Source: Nitrospirota bacterium
GTDB taxonomy: Bacteria; Nitrospirota; UBA9217
Direction: 5' to 3'
NCBI GenBank assembly: GCA_963790205.1
Contig: CAWBNQ010000001.1
Span: 480,001 to 544,000, forward strand
DNA length: 64,000 bases
The position numbers and the translations under genes were made by a program. The stretch's first letter is position 1. Each line of letters starts with the position of its first letter. Below the pieces are notes generated by a model. That model did no database searches, was not told where the DNA came from, and was given only the letters and a program-made list of their open reading frames with translations. Positions 50,202-59,736 of this stretch are shown here, one piece after another.

Positions 50202-50999
50202 GTGACGACCCCCCTCGCTGAAGCGACTGTTCTACAAGCGTGCCGTACCCTGTTCGGACCGGGACCCGATATCAGCAGGGAGTTCCTGCATTATATTCAG
50301 CCGGAGGGGGCCAAATCCGCTTACCGCAGAAAAGCCAAGGAAACCCACCCTGATTTCTATTACACCGAGGACAGCCGCATTCAGCAACAACAGACAGAGC
50401 TTTTTCGGAACATTCTCAACGCCTACGATATCATCAACCTTTTTTTCAAAGAGCGTGAAGAAGGCCTGTGGACCGCCTCCTTTGATGCCGATCCCCGGCC
50501 GGACCGTAAAGAAGCGCATCAAGCCTCGTCACCACGGTCCCGATCAGCAAGACGGCAAAGCGGCAATGATCATTACCGAGGGCCGGTCCCGTTTCGCGTT
50601 CTCGTGTTCGGACGTTATCTTTATTACACCGGAACTATTTCCTATCGGGCGCTCATCGAGGCGCTCACGTGGCAGCGGAGGCAGCGCCCCATCATAGGCA
50701 ACGTGGCGCTGCGGTGGGGCTGGCTGGCCGAACCATCGATCGAACGGATCACGGCGGCCGGCAACGCACCGGGCCGCTTTGGAGAAAAAGCCGTCCGCCT
50801 GGGGCTGCTCTCCGACTTTCAGGTAAGAACACTTCTCACCTATCAGCGCTCGCAGCAGGAGCGGCTCGGAAAATATTTTATCATGAAAAAGATCCTGACT
50901 TCGGACCAGCTTGATCGCTTCGTCCAAAAGCTGCACGAGCACAACAGGCGGGTATTGGCATCTAAAAAGGCGTCAAGCAGTGAGAACGTTTTTGCATGA
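50202..50999 (+). CDS. J-domain protein with C-terminal MshEN-like repeats
   Basis: KSAYRRKAKETHPD J-domain; FGRYL...G.I, RFGE.AVRLGLL and RLGKYF repeats. Confidence 0.8.
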   Translation: MTTPLAEATVLQACRTLFGPGPDISREFLHYIQPEGAKSAYRRKAKETHPDFYYTEDSRIQQQQTELFRNILNAYDIINLFFKEREEGLWTASFDADPRPDRKEAHQASSPRSRSARRQSGNDHYRGPVPFRVLVFGRYLYYTGTISYRALIEALTWQRRQRPIIGNVALRWGWLAEPSIERITAAGNAPGRFGEKAVRLGLLSDFQVRTLLTYQRSQQERLGKYFIMKKILTSDQLDRFVQKLHEHNRRVLASKKASSSENVFA

Positions 51000-51035
51000 T
51001 ATCCGGCGGTAGAATTCTAATCAGGGGAGAATTAC

Positions 51036-51209
51036 ATGAAGAAAAATATCTGCAAAGGGGACCATCCGTGCCATCTCTGCATGCTGGCGAGCAAGGACCT
51101 GTTCGATGAGATCAAGAAGCTTACCAAGAATCCCAAACATATTTGCTTCAACTGCGGCCGTGTCGCGGACTCGGGAAAAAATCTGTGCAACCCCATGCCG
51201 CTCGATTAA
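51036..51209 (+). CDS. 57-aa Cys/His-rich protein (not in the ORF track)
   Basis: GGGAG RBS; MKKNICKGDHPCHLCMLA...HICFNCGRVADSGKNLCNPMPLD. Confidence 0.75.
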   Translation: MKKNICKGDHPCHLCMLASKDLFDEIKKLTKNPKHICFNCGRVADSGKNLCNPMPLD

Positions 51210-51463
51210 TGCAAACGCAATAATACTTGCTGAAGCTTCGAAACGTCCTCACCTCGCCCCGGGGGGCTGTATCCGACGCCCCCATTGCCCGTTCGCCTTT
51301 GAATTCTGAAAACCCGACACGACCGCAAATTTATTCACTAAAAGTATTACACTTTTTGAAAGCAAAATTGTCTAATAATTAAACGCTCGCTCTATTTTAA
51401 GCTATATTAAAAACAAGGAACTTCGATAATTACCGAGAAGGCCTTTTCTGAGAAGGTGTCGAT

Positions 51464-52585
51464 ATGAAAGCTCGGCTTCGATTCTCTTCATCCCGAACCA
51501 TCGTACTACTTGCGATCATGATGCTCCCGGCCTGTCATGGAAGCGGGGGCGATGGGGCTGTGGTGGTTCCGCAGCCGACTTCATTCTTGACCGTCGGCGT
51601 ACCAGTAAGGGACACGGTGTTCATCGGAGGATTCAATGCCTATTCCGTGTCGGTGATACCGGGAGCGCTTTACAAGGTGAGCATCACCGACCTGACCGAT
51701 GATGCCGATCTCCTCTTTTTCGGCGCCGACAGCACGTTCACCGTCCTTGCATCATGCTCCATTGATAATACGATGATAGCCAGTCCTTTTTCCCCCTCTT
51801 CACCGGAAGACTGCGTAACTACGGCCTCCGGCAACGTCCTCTACTTCGGCGTAGACGGAACGTACCTTGCGACATCGTCAGCGGCGGCCTACACAATCGA
51901 TGTAGAGCCGATAACCACAACCAATCTAAATACTTCAATACCCCTTCCCGACACAACCACACCGACCGGCGCTGCGGGCTATTCGGTACCTACGACGAAC
52001 GGAACGGCTTACACCGTCAGCATCACCGGTCTAAACGATGACGCGGACCTCTACGTCTTCGGAGCAACGTGCACCACCGACAACACGATCCGCTTTGGTA
52101 CTACGCCCGAGGACTGTTCGCTGACCTCTCCCGGCGGGACGTTGTTTTTCATTGTGGACGGACTTTTCAGCACCGCGCCGACGGTCAAATACACGGCACT
52201 GGCTGCGCCGGCGCCGGTCGGGCTGAGTCCGAGTAACGAGGGCACGGTTGCTGCACCAATCGGCGTGTTTGCCGATATACCCCGTATCGGACAGGTTGGT
52301 TCTGCCCCCACAGGAACGAGTTATTATGCCGCAAGCGTGACTTCAGGCCAACGCTATACGGTCAGTATCACCGGCCTCACAGGAGACGCGGATCTTACCG
52401 TCTACGACAACGACAACACGTTTAAAAACCCGGCAAATTGTTTGATCAATGCTACCGGCATTGTGGGGACGAATCCTGAGGACTGCACGCTGGTAGTTTC
52501 GGGAAGCACGCTGTATTTTTCCGTCACTTCGTTTACGACCAGCGTCGGGGATGCATACATCAACCTTGTCGAACCGGGGCCATAG
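51464..52585 (+). CDS. Putative lipoprotein with three PPC-like beta-sandwich repeats
   Basis: LPAC lipobox; three repeats of Y.VSIT.L..DADL....C..N......PEDC.....LYF.V. Confidence 0.75.
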   Translation: MKARLRFSSSRTIVLLAIMMLPACHGSGGDGAVVVPQPTSFLTVGVPVRDTVFIGGFNAYSVSVIPGALYKVSITDLTDDADLLFFGADSTFTVLASCSIDNTMIASPFSPSSPEDCVTTASGNVLYFGVDGTYLATSSAAAYTIDVEPITTTNLNTSIPLPDTTTPTGAAGYSVPTTNGTAYTVSITGLNDDADLYVFGATCTTDNTIRFGTTPEDCSLTSPGGTLFFIVDGLFSTAPTVKYTALAAPAPVGLSPSNEGTVAAPIGVFADIPRIGQVGSAPTGTSYYAASVTSGQRYTVSITGLTGDADLTVYDNDNTFKNPANCLINATGIVGTNPEDCTLVVSGSTLYFSVTSFTTSVGDAYINLVEPGP

Positions 52586-52679
52586 AGAAGGCGCAGCGTA
52601 TATCGGCCCGACAGCATAGAAAAGTAGAATGAAGTGACGAAGGCGCTTCCGGCGGGGCGCGCTCCCCTCGAGTGTCCGA

Positions 52680-53432
52680 TCAATCCAGCGACACGACAAA
52701 GCTCCCCGGATAGCCATGCTCGGTAAAGTTCTTCTCCGCGGTTTCCGCGGCCTTGAGAGAAACATACTTTCCCGCATACACGCGGTAGAAGAGCTCGCCG
52801 TTCACGTTGGTGAGATGCGCTTCGGAGAACCCGAAGACGTTCTTCAGCTCCCCGGACAGCCGCTGGGCATTCGCGTATTCCTTGAACGAACCTACCTGGA
52901 CGGTATAATTTCCGCTGTCGTATGAGGCCGGCTCCTTATAGCCGCCCGTGCCGGCGCTGTAACCCAGGGCCTCTATCCTCACCGGCGCCGTGCCGGCAAT
53001 ATCAACGCCGAGCTTTTTCGCCGCCGCATAGGACAGGTCGATGATCCTCCCCTTTACAAAAGGGCCGCGGTCGTTCACGCGGACGATCGCCTCGCGCCCG
53101 TTCTGCCTGTTGTAGACCTTCACGTATACGCCGAGCGGAAGCGTCTTATGGGCCGCGGTCATGGCGTTCATATCGTACGTTTCGCCGTTGCTCGTTTTCT
53201 TGCCGTGAAAATCGCTGCCGTACCAGCTCGCCACGCCGGTCTGGGAAAAGCCCTCATGACTTTGAAGCGGCTCGTAGCGCCGCCCGTTCACCGTGTACGG
53301 TCTTTGCGACGCCTTCATCCGTTGTCCGTTGGACTCCGGGAATTGCGCTACTCCGGGTTTTTTTTCCGCGCAGGCGGAAACAGCGAGAAGGCAGCAGAGG
53401 AACAGCACCACGCGATTCAATATCCTGACCAT
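52680..53432 (-). CDS. rlpA: Septal ring lytic transglycosylase RlpA (DPBB + SPOR)
   Basis: VSAC lipobox, ASWYG.DFHG, TAAHKTLP, VNDRGPF..GRIIDLS and VQVGSF. Confidence 0.92.
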   Translation of the reverse strand: MVRILNRVVLFLCCLLAVSACAEKKPGVAQFPESNGQRMKASQRPYTVNGRRYEPLQSHEGFSQTGVASWYGSDFHGKKTSNGETYDMNAMTAAHKTLPLGVYVKVYNRQNGREAIVRVNDRGPFVKGRIIDLSYAAAKKLGVDIAGTAPVRIEALGYSAGTGGYKEPASYDSGNYTVQVGSFKEYANAQRLSGELKNVFGFSEAHLTNVNGELFYRVYAGKYVSLKAAETAEKNFTEHGYPGSFVVSLD

Positions 53433-53573
53433 ACCCCTTTGCTCCTGCGATGCATCCCGCACCAGACAAGGCTCTCGATAAATTGATGTTCCAGAATAAC
53501 GGCGGGTGGTGCTATAATACAGATTATTGCTCGGGAGAGCAATAATAAATTTTTTTGTGAAAGGGCGATAACC

Positions 53574-53879
53574 ATGATCAAGCACATCGTGATGTGGAAG
53601 CTGAAGGCTTCCGCCGAAGGAGCAAGCAGGGAGCAGAACGCGAAAATACTGAAGACGGAACTCGAGGCCCTGAAGAAAAAAATACCCATGATCCGGCATA
53701 TCGAAGTCGGGATGAACATGATGCCGTCCGAAGCCGCCTATGACGTCGCCCTGTACTCGGAATTCACGAATGAGAAGGACCTCGACCGTTACCAGAAACA
53801 CCCCGAGCATCTCAAGATCGCCGACTTTGCGGCTAAGGTACGAGAGAGCAGGGCCGTTGTTGATTATAAGATCGACTGA
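53574..53879 (+). CDS. Dabb (stress-responsive alpha/beta barrel) family protein
   Basis: MIKHIVMWKLK...YDVAL.SEF...L..YQ.HPEH...VVDY. Confidence 0.9.
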   Translation: MIKHIVMWKLKASAEGASREQNAKILKTELEALKKKIPMIRHIEVGMNMMPSEAAYDVALYSEFTNEKDLDRYQKHPEHLKIADFAAKVRESRAVVDYKID

Positions 53880-53970
53880 CTCACCGAGGGGGCATGGGTT
53901 TTTCTCCGTGACTCCCTGTAAATTTACTTTGCCTTTGGAAGAATAATTATTCGGCTACTAAGGACAATAC

Positions 53971-55596
53971 TTGAAACGCGACGCTGACGACTCGACAACT
54001 CCGATCAGGATCTATCAACAGATCCTGCCCGCACCCGCGGCACCACGGCCGGGGCTGCTCGCCAAGTTCCGCGTCTATTTGCCGGACCGCCCCGGCTCGC
54101 TCGCGGGGTTCGCGTCCGCGATTGCCGAGGCCGGGGGGAACATTTCCTTCTTTCACTACGACCGGGCCGCGGACGGCAGTCGTGTTGTTGTCGAGGCGCA
54201 GCTTGCAGATCAGCGCGATCTTGATGCGCTTATCGCATCCCTCCGCGGGAAGCAATACGGGTTCGAACGCGGTGAAGCGGCGCAGGACGAAGTGGTCGTC
54301 ACCGCCGTCGAGAGCATCCTCGAAGTAAAGGTGCGGCTGGACAACGAGCCGGGGACCCTCGCCGTCTTCGCCCGCCTGCTTGCCGAGCACGGAGCGAACG
54401 TGATCTACATGCTCTACGACGAGGACATCGACCCGGGCTCCGCGGACGTCGCCCTAGCCGCAACGGACCCCCTGGAGATCGGCCGGCTCATGCAGGCCAT
54501 CAACGAAAAGGGGTACCAGTACCGCGTCCTGTACCGCGGCAGCGATGCGCAGGAAGCGGCGAACATCATCGGCCTGAACATGGTCGAGAAGTTCTTCCTC
54601 CGCCTGAAGAAGCTGCTGCCCACGAGCGATGTCGCCGAGATCAAATCGCTCATCGAGTCGTCTCAGGACCTGTACCAGGACCTCGTGCAGTTCTATGCCG
54701 AGGCGGGGAAAAACCTCGAGGCAGGCGACGTGTTCGAGACGGTGCTGACCTTTGCGTCCCGATCGCGGAGCCGCACCGGTGAAAAATTCTCCGCCACAGC
54801 GATGCGGCCTCTGAGTTTTCACGGGCAGGTGACGCTCCTCGGCTTCCGCCTGCCGACGAGCGAGAACGTTTATCTCCTGAAAAATGGCGACGACATCACT
54901 CTCATCGATACCGGCCATGGGATTTACTACAATGATCTTAAGGACCTCATCCGCGAACACGGGATGGCCCCGGCGAAGGTCAGAAGGATCTACGTCACGC
55001 ACCCGGACACGGACCACGCCGGTGCTTCGGGTTATTTTGAGCAGGAATTCGGCGCCGACATCTTCATGCACGCCGGAAGCGCCGGTGTGATCACGCAGGG
55101 GAACAGGGCGCAGGGCACGGCCGGCGCTCTGCTTACGCTGAACAAATACTACACCCGGCTCTCAAGCAGGTTCACCGAATGCCGGTTCCCCTCACGGCCC
55201 CACTACTTTCCCGGCACGGAAATAGGCAGGGCGGGCGCCTTCAGGATCATCGACCGGTTTGACGTCGGCCCGCTCGCCTTCGACGTGCTCGAAAGCCTCG
55301 GCGGCCACACGCCCGGCCTGGTCTTCTACCTGAACCGGGAGTTCGGCCTTCTTTTTACTTCCGATTATCTCCTGAACGTGAAGAGCCTGTCCGCTGAAGA
55401 CAAAGAACATCTTGGTATCTACCGGTACCTGCTCACGAGCCCCAATAGCGACAACCGCATCTATAAGGAAGAGACCGCGGCGTTGAAAGAGCTCATCGTC
55501 ACACTCAACGATGAGTTGAGTTTCCAGAAGAGGGCGGCACTCATCTTGCCCGGTCACGGTGAATGCTACCGTGCCGAGGAACTGACCAATAAGTGA
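53971..55596 (+). CDS. Tandem-ACT + metallo-beta-lactamase-fold hydrolase
   Basis: PDRPGSL and DNEPGTL ACT motifs; IDTG, THPDTDHAG, GGHTPG, TSD and PGHG. Start uncertain. Confidence 0.82.
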   Translation: MKRDADDSTTPIRIYQQILPAPAAPRPGLLAKFRVYLPDRPGSLAGFASAIAEAGGNISFFHYDRAADGSRVVVEAQLADQRDLDALIASLRGKQYGFERGEAAQDEVVVTAVESILEVKVRLDNEPGTLAVFARLLAEHGANVIYMLYDEDIDPGSADVALAATDPLEIGRLMQAINEKGYQYRVLYRGSDAQEAANIIGLNMVEKFFLRLKKLLPTSDVAEIKSLIESSQDLYQDLVQFYAEAGKNLEAGDVFETVLTFASRSRSRTGEKFSATAMRPLSFHGQVTLLGFRLPTSENVYLLKNGDDITLIDTGHGIYYNDLKDLIREHGMAPAKVRRIYVTHPDTDHAGASGYFEQEFGADIFMHAGSAGVITQGNRAQGTAGALLTLNKYYTRLSSRFTECRFPSRPHYFPGTEIGRAGAFRIIDRFDVGPLAFDVLESLGGHTPGLVFYLNREFGLLFTSDYLLNVKSLSAEDKEHLGIYRYLLTSPNSDNRIYKEETAALKELIVTLNDELSFQKRAALILPGHGECYRAEELTNK

Positions 55597-55977
55597 CGAC
55601 CACCTTCCCTGTCACGACTCGGACTGTCTCGCTTCCTGCCCGGGGGGTAACTTTTTATTGCCAACTCTTCCCGCATGAACAACCGTCATCGCCAGTCGCC
55701 TGGGGCGGGAGTCATTATAATGACTGACTGTCTTTTTGCAAATTCGGAATACCTGCATATCCCTCGTAAAAGCAGCGTTCTGTAATTTACAGTAATTCTG
55801 TGCAAGATTAAAAGCCTTCTTTCATCACCACTCCGCTCTTGTAATAAATAATTTTTCCTTAACCTTGAATTCGCCCGATCCCTCTGCTACATTCAAACCA
55901 ATCGGAATCGTTCTCCCTATATTCCAGTTTCACAACACCGAGATTCGAATCTCAATTACTAAGAAGGAGGATGGTGT

Positions 55978-56250
55978 ATGAAAAAACTGCTGGCAGTTGT
56001 TTTGATGGTTCTCTTTGTTGCTTCAGCGGTCGGAGCGGCGGACATGATGACAATGAACGCCAAAACAGGAGACGTGACCTTCAACCACAAGGTCCACGGA
56101 GACAGCATGGGATGCAAGGCATGCCACGGCGAAGGCACGCCCGGCAAGCTGACCCTCGGCAAGGACGCCGCCCACAAGCTCTGCAAGGGGTGCCACGAAA
56201 CGAAGAAGGCCGGCCCCACGAAGTGCTTTGATTGCCACAAGAAAAAATAA
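55978..56250 (+). CDS. Periplasmic triheme cytochrome c7 (PpcA-like)
   Basis: Signal peptide; G.VTFNHKVH; three CxxCH (CKACH, CKGCH, CFDCH) and GPTKC. Confidence 0.9.
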   Translation: MKKLLAVVLMVLFVASAVGAADMMTMNAKTGDVTFNHKVHGDSMGCKACHGEGTPGKLTLGKDAAHKLCKGCHETKKAGPTKCFDCHKKK

Positions 56251-56269
56251 GCCGCATCACGGTCTCAAT

Positions 56270-56298
56270 AAAAAAGGCCCCTCAGCGGGGCTTTTTTT
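56270..56298. terminator. Bidirectional terminator
   Basis: AAAAAAGGCCCC-TCAGC-GGGGCTTTTTT between convergent genes. Confidence 0.7.
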
Positions 56299-57238
56299 AT
56301 CGGCCCCCGTGACCGTCGCCATAATGGTCATGCGCGGGATGGACAGCATCGATCAACGAGGTATCGAAAATCTCCTCGCGCGATATCTCCCGCCGTATGT
56401 ACCCCAGTCTCTTCAGAGCCTTCACGAACCGCAGAGTGGAGAAAATATAACCAGGGGTCAGCTTAGCGCAGTACCGGGGAGAGACCCGCAGCGTTTCGAG
56501 CACGAACTCCCGGTCGATGATCCCTACATAGTCCGCGATCGCCCGGGCCGCTCCCTCCGGATCGATCCGGAGCGAGGCTTCCGCCGCTTCGTGGAGAACA
56601 AGGAAGCGCTTGACCAGCTCCTGCCGGCTCCTCAGGAATTCCCTTTCCGCGAGAATGCCGTAGCTCGGGTTCTCCGGCCACAACCGTGAAGGCGGGTAGA
56701 GCACCCTGCCTCCGGCGAAACGCTTGATCGCGACCGCCAGGGCGGGCGTGCCGAAAGCAGCGGATACCTCATCGTTGACAACCGCCTCGGTCACCATGTC
56801 GGCCCAGGCATAGTTCCTGATCTCTATCTCTTGCACGAGACCATAGTGCTCGATGCAATCCTTCAGAATTACGTCGTGGATGGAGCCCTTGCCGGGCACG
56901 CCGATCCTGCGCCCCTGGAACTGTTTCAAGACAACCCCCAGGTCCCCGGTCTCGGGATAGCCCGTCCAGTTCGGCTTGCCTGCCATGACCGTGCCCTCCT
57001 CATGGCCTCCCGCCACGCAGATGACCTTGATACCCTGATCAATGCCGATGATCGCAGGAGGGAGGCCGACGTAGGCCAGGTCGAGTTCGCCTCTGCCGAA
57101 GGCCTTCAGGATCTCCGGCCCCGTGCCCATGAGCTTCCATTCTATCTCGGCGCCGAGCCGCTTGTCCGCATCGCCTTTCGCCAGCAACAGGATGGCCGTG
57201 TGGTAGAAGGTGGAGAGATGTCCGATCCTGATCTTCAT
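56297..57238 (-). CDS. ABC transporter substrate-binding-like protein (SsuA/NMT1 family)
   Basis: IRIGHL, GELDLAYVG.PPA and IGVPGKGSIHD. No signal peptide evident. Confidence 0.8.
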   Translation of the reverse strand: MKIRIGHLSTFYHTAILLLAKGDADKRLGAEIEWKLMGTGPEILKAFGRGELDLAYVGLPPAIIGIDQGIKVICVAGGHEEGTVMAGKPNWTGYPETGDLGVVLKQFQGRRIGVPGKGSIHDVILKDCIEHYGLVQEIEIRNYAWADMVTEAVVNDEVSAAFGTPALAVAIKRFAGGRVLYPPSRLWPENPSYGILAEREFLRSRQELVKRFLVLHEAAEASLRIDPEGAARAIADYVGIIDREFVLETLRVSPRYCAKLTPGYIFSTLRFVKALKRLGYIRREISREEIFDTSLIDAVHPAHDHYGDGHGGR

Positions 57239-57447
57239 GAATAAGGCCGCTCTCTGCAATCGGTAAACATGCTTCAATATTAGTCTTCATTCTCTTCACA
57301 GTCAAGTTCAGACACAGTCATAACGCGTCGCGAGCCTGGTCAGGGGGCTGCGAGGCGGGTCAGAGTACTTCACTCCGCATTTCGAATTCCGCATTTCAAA
57401 GTCCCTTTCCTATTGAAGGTGGGCTTCAGCAGTGTTAATATTAAAAC

Positions 57448-59490
57448 ATGAAGATCATGATCGACACGGACAGTTCGGAACTCTTAAGAACGCTCGATGT
57501 CCTGAACATGCCCGCCTTCATAGTCGATAAGGACCGGACGATCCTGTCCTGCAATAATAACGCGCAGGTCTTCTTCGAATACGACCGGTCCCGGGTCATC
57601 GGCCGGAATCTCGAGAAATTCATATCCCTGGACGGCGTCCCTCGGGAGCGCGAACCCTCAGGCCATTCTCCGGAAGCAGGCGCGGGCCGGGAGGGAGAGT
57701 CCTCATCGGCCCTGCGGTCGTTCTGCTTTCGGAAGAACAGCGGTCCCGTGGCGGCCCGGATCGCCGTCATCCCTTCACGCGACCTTCGGCAGGACAGGAC
57801 AATCGTCATTGTCCGGGACGCGCCCGGACAAAGGACGACGCCCGCGGCAGCCGGCAGCGGTCACCCCGGGAAGCAGGCCGGGGACCGGACCACCCAGGGC
57901 GAATTGATCAGCGAGTTAAGCAGCATCATCAATTCCAGCCTGAGCATCGGAACGATCTTCCGCATGGTCGTTTCGGAGCTTCGCAAGATCATCGACTACA
58001 GCAGGGCGAGCCTGCTCCTCTATAATGAAAACGACGACAATCTGCTGATCTTCGCGCTGGACACGGAAATGAGGACGGTGATGAAAAAAGGGGTCAAGGC
58101 GCCGATCGAGGGCACCAGCGCCGGCTGGGTCGTGCGGAACAACAAGCCCTGGATCAGCTACGACCTCAGGGACACCGCGTTCCCCCTGGACAGGAAGCTC
58201 CTGGCAGAGGGCATCCGTTCGACCATCAGCATCCCCCTGTTCCACGACCGTATGCTCGGCGTGTTCAATTTCGACAGCACCGACCCGTCGCAGTACTCCG
58301 AGAAGGACCTCGAGATCCTGCTCCCCGTGGCCAGGCACATCGCCGTCGCCCTTGAGAACGCCCTCCTGTTCGAAGAGATCTCCCGGGAAAAGAAGGAATG
58401 GGAGCGGACCTTCGACGCCATCACCGACATGGTCTGGATCGAGGACGGCAGGCAGCGGGTGGTCCGCGCGAACCACACGCTGCTGTTGCGGACGGGTTTT
58501 TCCAAGTCGGAGATCGCCGACCGGCACTGCGCCGAGCTCCTCGACAGGATCGGGATCGCCCTGACCAGCGGCTGCCTCTGTTCCGAAACGCTCTCCTGCA
58601 AAAAACCGTCATTCCAGGAGCTGAAAAGCGGCGGCGGCAACATCTTCCACTTCTGGGCCTATCCGCTCATCGACGAAGAGGGCCGGCTTTATGCCATCGT
58701 GCACTACCTCAAGGACGTGACGGCCCAGAAGCGGCTCGAACAGCAGCTCATCCGGTCGGACAAGCTCGCCTCTTTGGGTACGCTCGTTGCGGGCATCGCC
58801 CATGAGATCAACAACCCCCTGGGGATCATCGCGGGCTACTCCGAGGCGCTCCTCGACCGGTCCGGTGCAAAAGCGCTGAACGGGATGAAAGCCTTCGAGG
58901 ACTTCCCCGAATATCTCAAAACGATCCACAACGAGATCTTCCGGTGCAAGACCATCCTCAAAAGCCTGCTCGAGTTCGCGCGGCCGTCGGGCGGAACCTT
59001 CCGGGAGATCGACGTCAACGAGCTCATCAAGGAAGTGCTCCTCCTGCTCCAGCACCGGACAACGCGGCTCAAGCACACCCTCGAACTCGACCTGGATCGC
59101 GAGGTCCCCAAGATCTACGCGGATGCCGGGAGCCTCAGGCAGCTGATGATGAACCTCCTCTTGAACGCCATTTACTTTACGCCGGAGGGCGGAAGCATCT
59201 TCATCAAGACCGAACCCGACGATGCCCCGCGGGAAGACGCCGTCGGCGCCTGTCCGAACAGGGTCCGGCTCTCAGTCAGGGACACGGGAGCGGGAATCCC
59301 CGGAGAGCTGATCGGCAAGGTCTTCGACCCCTTCGTCACCACGAAGCCCGTGGGAGAAGGGACCGGGCTGGGGCTCACCATCTGTCACAAGATCGTGGAA
59401 GAGCACGGCGGCGCCATTGATGTGGAAAGCGAACCCGGCAAGGGCGCTACCTTCATCATCACCCTGCCGTCGATCGCGTGCAGGGAATGA
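57448..59490 (+). CDS. Cytoplasmic PAS-GAF-PAS sensor histidine kinase
   Basis: IAHEINNPL H-box, NLLLNA, DTGAGIP, PFVTTK and GTGLGL. Confidence 0.93.
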   Translation: MKIMIDTDSSELLRTLDVLNMPAFIVDKDRTILSCNNNAQVFFEYDRSRVIGRNLEKFISLDGVPREREPSGHSPEAGAGREGESSSALRSFCFRKNSGPVAARIAVIPSRDLRQDRTIVIVRDAPGQRTTPAAAGSGHPGKQAGDRTTQGELISELSSIINSSLSIGTIFRMVVSELRKIIDYSRASLLLYNENDDNLLIFALDTEMRTVMKKGVKAPIEGTSAGWVVRNNKPWISYDLRDTAFPLDRKLLAEGIRSTISIPLFHDRMLGVFNFDSTDPSQYSEKDLEILLPVARHIAVALENALLFEEISREKKEWERTFDAITDMVWIEDGRQRVVRANHTLLLRTGFSKSEIADRHCAELLDRIGIALTSGCLCSETLSCKKPSFQELKSGGGNIFHFWAYPLIDEEGRLYAIVHYLKDVTAQKRLEQQLIRSDKLASLGTLVAGIAHEINNPLGIIAGYSEALLDRSGAKALNGMKAFEDFPEYLKTIHNEIFRCKTILKSLLEFARPSGGTFREIDVNELIKEVLLLLQHRTTRLKHTLELDLDREVPKIYADAGSLRQLMMNLLLNAIYFTPEGGSIFIKTEPDDAPREDAVGACPNRVRLSVRDTGAGIPGELIGKVFDPFVTTKPVGEGTGLGLTICHKIVEEHGGAIDVESEPGKGATFIITLPSIACRE

Positions 59491-59736
59491 CTCAAAATAA
59501 GGCAGAAATTTTTCTCGCAAAGACGCAAAGTACGCAAAGAGAAGCAATTGAAAAAAAGAATGCAAAGCTTTAGCTTTTTTTAAAACCAAGAACTAAGCCT
59601 TTCTTTGCGACCTTTGCGCCTTTGCGAGAGACAGCTTTTGACTTGCTTTTGGTTTTAAACTCAAGCATGTTTTTTGACCATGTTCCAGGTTTTCTCCGTG
59701 CCTCCGTGCCTCCGTGGTGAAAGGGCTTTTTAAACT

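Noticed and set aside
52680..53810. 376-aa version of rlpA and the extended starts of ORFs at 340, 18580, 19813, 23340-23861 and 31339
   Set aside because: The extensions overlap other genes or repeats; downstream starts have an RBS or signal peptide.
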